This document shows, one piece after another, positions 55,500 to 64,000 of a stretch of 64,000 nt of DNA. The position numbers and the translations under genes are program-made. The stretch lies in NCBI RefSeq assembly GCF_009914755.1, contig NC_060928.1, one strand, 5' to 3'. Each line of letters starts with the position of its first letter. Within the stretch, counting starts at the first letter, position 1. Below the pieces are notes generated by a model, which was given only the letters and a program-made list of their open reading frames with translations, was not told the DNA's origin and searched no databases. The stretch comes from the human T2T-CHM13v2.0 reference genome, Homo sapiens.

Positions 55500-56430
55500 C
55501 CTAAGAAGGCTGACTGCTGGGTCTCCTGAACATCTGTCAGATAGAGTAGCTCCATCAGGTGGGTGAGACTCCTTGCCCCTGAGGCCAGGACATTACAAGA
55601 GGCTTGAAAACTAGAGACTTGAAAACTGAGAGGTTTTATCAGGAGCAATAGTAATTGTAGATTCTAGCCTGTAAATTCTTTCTCTACTCCTTTGAGATGT
55701 AAGTCTCTTTTAGCTTCTTGCTAGTTTTATAACTCAGGAATGCCTTTCTCAAGAACCTGGGAGCCATCCCTTTGAAATGTAAGCATCAGGAAAAGTAGTG
55801 TGTTCTTTATAAAAGCTGAATAACATTCCATTGCATGTATATACAACATTTTCTTTATCTGTTCACCCACGGAGGGCATTTAGGTTGTTTCCACACCTTG
55901 GCTATTGTGATAATGCTGCAATGAACATGGGACTGCTAATATCTCTTCAAGATCATTAGAAAAGAAGGAAATTCTGTCATATGCAACAACATAGATGGAT
56001 CTGGAGGACAATTTACTAAGTTAGATAAGCCAGGCACAGAAGGACAAATACTGCATGATTCCACCTATATGATCTACTCAAAGTAGACAAACTCATAGAA
56101 TTAGAAAGTAGAATGGTAGTTGCCAGGGGTTAGGGTAAGAAAGAGATAGGGAGTTGTTCAATAAATACAAAGTTTCAGTTATACAAGATAAAAAAGTTCT
56201 AGAGATCTGCCATACAATATTCTGCTAATGGTTAACAATACTATATTGTAAAATTAAACATTTGTTAAAAGAGTAAATCTCATGTTATATATATTTACCA
56301 CAATAAAAAATACTAACAGTAAAAAGATAGTGCCCCAATCTCCCAGTCTCTGTAGAAGGGTGAGTGCCTAACTTCCGTAAGCATCAATTAGTAAACACAG
56401 ATTGCCTAATCACATTTGCCAACCTCTACT
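55500..56430 (+). mobile_element. ERV1 LTR of the MER67/MER31/MER34 group, split by an L1
   Basis: ctcaagaacctgggagccatccctttgaaatgtaa...[L1]...atctcccagtctctgt...gcctaacttc; homologous to 63160-63898. Confidence 0.75.
55801..56320 (+). mobile_element. L1MA10/L1MB-like short insertion with inverted 5' part (55801-55954 antisense)
   Basis: Sense 3'UTR gttctagagatctgc...ccacaataaaaaa; TSD aaaag(a)tagtg at 55791-55800 and 56322-56332. Confidence 0.88.
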
Positions 56431-57129
56431 AATGTTCACTAGGTCATCAGGTGACTGCCAGTTGTTGGCTCATTTATAACAGGCCTACAAATACGGAAGC
56501 CAGCGCCCTTAACCCTTTGTGAAATATCCTAATAACAAGAACTGAGACAACAAAGAAGACTCACAAACCATTTTAACTGATTAGCAGCCAGAGGTAACAG
56601 GAAAATTAGAAAGAGAAATCTGCCCAGAGAAGTAGTATTTCTGGAAAAGACAAATGGAAATTGGAATAAAATCCCACTTGATTTCCAAACTAAAGACTTT
56701 ATTAAATGAAGTGAAGAAGTGAATTATCACTGCCAGAAACAAAAACAGTGTCTTAGAAGATCAAGATCAAGAGTTATAAAATCCAGAACAAAAAGCAATT
56801 GAGATGAAAACATGAGGAAAAAAATAAAAGATTTGAAAAATAAATACAATGTATCTAATATCCAAATAAGAGGAATTTTAAGAAGAGAAAAAAGAACTAA
56901 TGAAGGCAAAGTGACAATTAAATAATAGAGAGAATTTTCTTGAGGTGAAGAAAAAAATCTAAATAAGCAATTGAAGTGGTTCACTAAGTTCCAGACTTCA
57001 TGATAAAAATAATATATATATTCCTGGGCCTGTGCAATTAAAAGTCCAGAAGTTGGAAAACAAAGAAAATACTGTATGAGCTTAAAAACACAAAGAAAAA
57101 GTTACCTAAGAAAAAAGAATACCGGACCA

Positions 57130-58224
<1,095 letters not shown>

Positions 58225-60262
58225 ACTGAGATTTCTCATATGAAGCCTTGGAAGCTATAAGACATTGGAATAAAATTTATAATAAATTGAGAGACAAGCC
58301 TGGCAACAATAGAATTGTTTTACCAGCCGAGATATCCATTACTCACTAGAGTGAAATAACAATATTTATGTATTTGCAATAATATATAGAGTGTCATTCA
58401 TGTACTGTGTATAAAGAAAATGCTTGTAAAAATACTCTAACCAAACAACCAAATCAGAAATCTCAAAATGAGGGAAGATGAATCAATCAAATACTTGTGA
58501 GTGGGCTGAAATAGTTGGGTCAAATGTACCAGATCATGAATGCTGGGACAGTAAAAAGTAAGAGTTAATGAAAGAGTACAGTAGGGCAGTTTGAAGCAAG
58601 ATAAATATTTTTTAAAAAGCCTTTATCTTCTTTAGCAATAATAAACTTTAAAATGAGAAAAATATAATAATTACAGCACTTATAAACATTACAAAATACT
58701 GAGAAATTAATAAAAACAGAATGAGACATATGCTATATGGAACAAAACCATACAATTGTATTGTAAGTTATTAAACAATATCTAAACCAAATAAGAAGGT
58801 CTTTAGTTGGGAAGACATAGTATGAAAATAATATCTTTCCCCTAAATTAGCACATACATCCAATGGAATTGCAATTAGAGTTCCAACAGGACTTAAAGCA
58901 GATTGGAATAATATAATCTGGGATTTACAAGAAGAATAGGTGCCTAATCATAGCCAATAAAATCATGTAATAGAAGACCAATAAGGAGGTAATTAAAACT
59001 TATAATACAGCCACTGTATTATTACCAAATCAATATGCACTGGTATAGAAATAAACAGATCAATGGAAAGAGAAAATACCTAGAAATAGATCTTGCTATA
59101 TAAGATCAGTAGAGAAAGAACATATTATTAAATAAATATGCTGGCACAACTAGGTATCTAAAAATTATTTATTCCCATCCTTCACCATACACAAAAAACA
59201 AATTCCATATTTGTTATAAACTTAATTATAAACAAAACAAAAACATTAGGAGACAGCATCTATGATAAACAGAAAAGAAAATCTAGACAAAATTGGAATC
59301 CCATAACTTATACATCTATTTGATTACATGGTATTTTCTGAGGCAAACAAGTCAATAGACAAATGATGGATTTAGAAAAATATATTTGCCAAGCAAATGG
59401 TATACTAAGGGTTAATTATCCACAATATGCAAAATACTATTAAAATTAATAAGAAGACAACTCAATAGAAATAGGGGCAAAGGACTATGAAAGAACAGTT
59501 CACAGAGGAAAAAAAGATGCTTAAATTTACCAAGAGGGAAATTCAAATAAAACACAGTGAAATGTCACTTTATACCTAACAGACTTCCAAAAATTAAAAA
59601 AGCTCTAACACCAAATAATGGCAGGGATGTAGGAAAAAAGAAACTCTAATACACTTCCAGGAGTGTGAAGTGTGAAGATGACTTGTTTTTTGGAAAGCCA
59701 TCTAGCAACATCTGTTAGAATTATAAATACATATACTTTTCTATATGCCCTATAGAATAAAAGTCCTAGTGCATTAATAGTTACCTAGGAGATGATTATT
59801 GTTCTTCTGTTCATTTGACCAAAAATAAACACAAAGACAAAACCTTGTTAAGCAAATGCTCATATATAGAAGAATGGCTGAGAGAGTGATGATATACTAC
59901 ACAATAGGAGATTATTCAGCCATTAAAGAGAATGAATGAGAGCTTTACCAGTTGATCTAGAAGTATTTTCATACTATATTGTTGAATCAGAAAAGAAAGA
60001 TACAGAAAAATGTGTAAAACATCACCTATATGTGCAATGTAAATGATTACAAATCACATAAACATATTTATATTATTAATAGTATATGAAATGAAGAGAA
60101 ACATGGAAGAATGAACATTAGGACAACACAAGCAAGTGTTACCTTGCTTGCATGACGTGACGTGATGTGATGTGATTGGTATGGAGATTTGTGTTGAAGA
60201 TGGAGGACAGGGAGAAATCAGGCCAAGAAGAAATAGGAAAAATACTGTATTAAAAAACTGAT

Positions 60263-60518
60263 ACTCAGGAGTCTGAGGTGCGAGTTTTATTTGAGACCAG
60301 TCTGGACAACATAGTGAGACCCAATGTCTACAAAAATAATTCTTTTTTAAATTAGCTGGGTATAGTGGTATGCCTGTAGTCCCAGCTACTCAAGGTGCTG
60401 AGGCAAGAGGATCCCTTGAGCCCAGGAATTCGAGGTTGCAGTGAGCCATGATTGTGTCACTGAACTCCAGCCTGGGTGACAGAGAGAGACTCTGTCTATT
60501 AAAAAAAAAAAAAAAGAA
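60263..60518 (+). mobile_element. AluJ with truncated left arm
   Basis: caacatagtgagaccc, ttgagcccaggaattcgagg, A tail. Confidence 0.9.
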
Positions 60519-60684
60519 AACTGTGCAAGTATGCAAAATTATGTGTGTGAATATAATTACATATGTGAATATAATTTTTATCAATAAAAATGGTGATGAC
60601 TGTTGTTTTAAAAGCTTTTTCCTCAGTGGCTAGGAAAATTTCTCTGGCTATGTTTAGGAGATAAAAGGAAGGGAGTGGGCCCAC

Positions 60685-60905
60685 GGGCTTTGGTGCTGGA
60701 TAGCTGGAGTTCAGATCCCAGCCCTGTCACCAACTGGAGGTAAGACTCCCAATGCATTTTTCACTTTTTCAGGCTCAAAATGTCCTCATCCACGAAGTAA
60801 GATTGTGAAAATAAAATGCAACAATGTAATTAAACTGTTTAGCACACTGCCTGCCACATAGTAAGAGCTCAATAAATATTTCATTAATACTATCATTCTT
60901 ATTGT
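60685..60905 (+). mobile_element. MIR
   Basis: ttagcacactgcctgccacatagtaagagctcaataaata 3' end. Confidence 0.85.
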
Positions 60906-63159
60906 AGTTATTGCAAATTAGCCAGATTTGGGTCCTGGTTAGAGGAGATGGAAAGGTGGAGAGCAAGATGATTTTGAGGTTCAAGCATAAGTGATTGGAA
61001 ACCATGCTACTATGTTTAAATCCTCCTTCTTAGGTTTTGTTTTGGTATCCAAGAAAGTTAAAATCCTTAGCATGGCATTCAAGATCTTCAAAATCTGTCT
61101 TTCATCTAATTTCAACAATTCTCCTATACCCAGATATTGTATTTATTTTCCAAACAATTCCTGCAATGCCTACTCAAAGAGTTGCTATTAGTGAAGAGGT
61201 TGAGGCATTTCTTTTTTTCACCCACCACATGCCAGGCTCTGTGTTATGTGCATTAACACTAAAATGTATGTTCTATTTTCCCCATTTTGAAGATAAAGAA
61301 ATTAATATTATCATAGTTTAATGAGTGTCGAAGTTTGTTTTAATGTTAGGTATGGCTAGTTCCAAACCCTAGACTTTGTCTAATAAAGCTGGCTGCCATC
61401 AATGTATACAAGTGTCCCACAAACAATAAATATTCTACAAATTTAAATGTAGCAGGATATTTAATGGGAAATTTCCATTGCCATAAGAGTCTTGGCAGAG
61501 GTCCTAAAATTGAGGACAACAAGTGATAAATGTTCACACATTCTATAGAGAGGTGCCAGACACTCCCACCCAGACCTGTTGAGATAAATCTAAACATGTC
61601 CTTTCCTCCTTTCTTCCTCACCTATCACCAACTATATAATGAATATAAAGTTGATTAGGTAATGGAGTTTTCTAGAAAACTTATTAGCCTAGAAGAAAGA
61701 AGGGTTAGGCTTTTCACCTCCTCACTTTCAGATCATGCTCAAGCAGCAGCCTGTTATAGAAAATCCAAGCAACTGGGCATCTGAAGCACATGGCACCGTA
61801 CCGACTTACAAGAGCACCAGACAGGGAGACATTGTCTCATTACTTCTGTTTCCTAGTTCCATCCTGGAGTATGAGGGAAAAGGAACACAAGAGCGAAGTG
61901 GAGGAAGAGTGAAAAAAGACAAGGCCCCTCCTTTCTTACTGTGGGTCAGGGGAATTCTTGTGTCAGAACCGAGCTAGAAACATGGGGAGATACCTTAAAT
62001 AGGATTAGAGGTGAAAGTTATGATATATGATTATACTATACTTTTAATATTTGAAAATGACAGTCCTAATATCCAATGATTGCTCTATTATTATTTCTGA
62101 AAAAGCTCTGTGATCTTTCTGAGATATTCTCCAGGGGCAGAGAAGGGAGATCCAACAAAGCCTGTTGGAGGACAGTGGTTGGAGAAAAGATGAGCCTATT
62201 TCATAATTATGCCTTATTGACTGGTAACTTAAGAAACAGTACTTCTCCCATCTGCTGTGGCTGACATTGTTCATGTACATTGTTCTCTTTTGAAATTCTT
62301 CCCAGCATTCTAGTCTCAACTTCCATGATCCTGCTACCATAATGTCTTTGATAATGTCTCCAGATGAATTCGTATTTTCTTTTGTGCTCCTATAGCCCTT
62401 AAAGCCCATTGATCATACAGTATTATAGCCACGAGGATAGTCAGACTCCTCTGAAACAGTGAGATCCTTCAGGATGGGCATGGTGTCTTATTTGTGTTTT
62501 ATTTCCAGAATTTAGCACAGTATTTTGCTCAAGCTAAATACTCAGTACTAGCTCATTAAATTGCCATGGAATAAATTGATTGTTGAAATCAGTCAGAGAC
62601 TCCAGAACTTTGTTGTATCTGCTGTGCTCCAATGCCTCTGGTGGATAAATCCAGAAAACGTCTCCTGGGCAGGGGACTACTATTTCTGCTTTCTTGTGAT
62701 TTAACAGGTAAGAGGCAAGATTAATATAGATAAATATTCAGGAAATTTGAGACCTAGGTATCATCTGTTCATGAAGCAAGCAACTAGATAAAGTTCCTAC
62801 TACGTGTCAGGCCTTGGAAATGAAAGATAAAAAAAGACACAGCATCTACCCTATTCCTTTAAACAATTTGCAATTGTTTAAAATGAATCTCAGTTTGGGA
62901 AATGCATGATCATCATTTGCTGAGAGTATCAGCAGCTTGAACTTGGAGTTAGCAGAACTCTGGATGTGAGTTGCCAGCTCTACAAGATAAAGATACAGAA
63001 ACTGAGGTAGGAATAGTCTCAGGGCAATAAAGCAGGCCTTGGCTTCAACACCAGACCCCTCCATAGACTTTCTTTGCTGAGAGTACATGATGATTCCATA
63101 AGTCCCAACCTGACTATTGACTTAATGACATATCCAGATTCATTCTAATTATGTAAGTA

Positions 63160-63898
63160 TTATCATAACCCAAAATGGCCTTAACATTCCCTTCAGCTAG
63201 ACTAAATTTCAGACAGGTTTTTACAGATTATAGGCCCCTGACCCCCCTTTTCTTAAAGCATTACAACCTTAGAAAACTTAAGGTTGTAAATTCTTTTGCT
63301 ACCACTTTGAGATATAGATCTTCTTTCAGTCTGTTGCCAGTTTTACAACCAAGGAACATCCTCAAGGATCTAGGGGCCATCTTTTTGGCATGGAAGCATC
63401 AAGAAATGAGGGTAGGAGCCTAACTTCCACGAGCTCCAATTAGTAATAAACACAGATGGCCTAATCACTTTGACCAGCCTTGCCCCTACAATCCTTTAGC
63501 ACATTTCCACTAGCTAGTCCAGTGTTTAAAAACCCCTCTGCCTCTTGTTTCAGCAGAGTTGAATTTAATCACTCTCCAAGGCTAGAGTGCAGTGGCGCAA
63601 TTGGCTCCCTGTAACCTCTGCTCCCAGATTCAAGTGATTCTCCTGCCTCAGCCTCCCGAGGTAGCTGGGACTTACAGGTGCATGCTACCATGCCTGGCTA
63701 ATTTTTGTATTTTTAGTACAGATGGGTTTTCACCATGTTGGCCAGGCTGGTCTCGAACCCCTGACCTTGAGTGGTCTGCCCCCTCGGCCTCCCAAAGTGC
63801 TGGGTTTACGGGCATGAACCACTGCGCCCGGCTTACAATAGTCTTGTAAAAAGTTTTGCTGCCTGTTTAACTCCACACAGTTCAAGTTTTCTTTGACA
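63160..63898 (+). mobile_element. MER67-like ERV1 solo LTR split by an Alu
   Basis: ttcagctagactaaatttcagacagg, taggcccctgacc, gggtaggagcctaacttc, ttctttgaca end. Confidence 0.78.
63576..63832 (-). mobile_element. AluS lacking its 3' end and tail
   Basis: Antisense Alu begins at ccaaggctagagtgcagtgg with no poly(T). Confidence 0.92.
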
Positions 63899-64000
63899 AC
63901 ACTTTATAGTGTTTCAACCATGGCATAGTGGTGTGATAGTTGTGATTAGGCAAAATTATCCAATAGCCTTTCTTGATTATATAAACCAGTGGTTCTCAAC

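Noticed and set aside
60129-60177. caagcaag/cttgcttg hairpin and (GTGAY)n run
   Set aside because: An 8-bp stem and short pentamer run inside a decayed L1; consistent with chance and slippage.

Overview
AT-rich, repeat-dense simian primate genomic DNA, most likely human. The window holds AluJ/AluS, L1PA-L1ME, THE1/MST/MLT1 MaLR, ERV1/ERVL LTRs, MIR, L2, MER5A/MER3 and MADE1 elements. Subfamily names and most repeat boundaries were assigned by eye from remembered consensus features and are approximate. None of the supplied six-frame ORFs is a credible stand-alone gene; they are repeat-derived or chance ORFs. The window looks like the intronic/3' part of an unidentified minus-strand transcription unit: nearly all LTRs and the full-length L1 point to +, and three small minus-strand exon candidates (27647-27715, 17920-17983, 8192-8256) splice in frame into a 65-aa ORF ending in -QQTVI. 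The other notable features are rearrangement scars: a full-length L1PA16-like element with a ~141-bp x ~10 monomer array in its 5'UTR and a later inversion-deletion, an AluJ whose poly(A) tail is replaced by locally templated sequence, an unexplained 36-bp direct repeat, and two twin-primed old L1s. I see no evidence for a new multi-gene system, CRISPR array or structural RNA gene.
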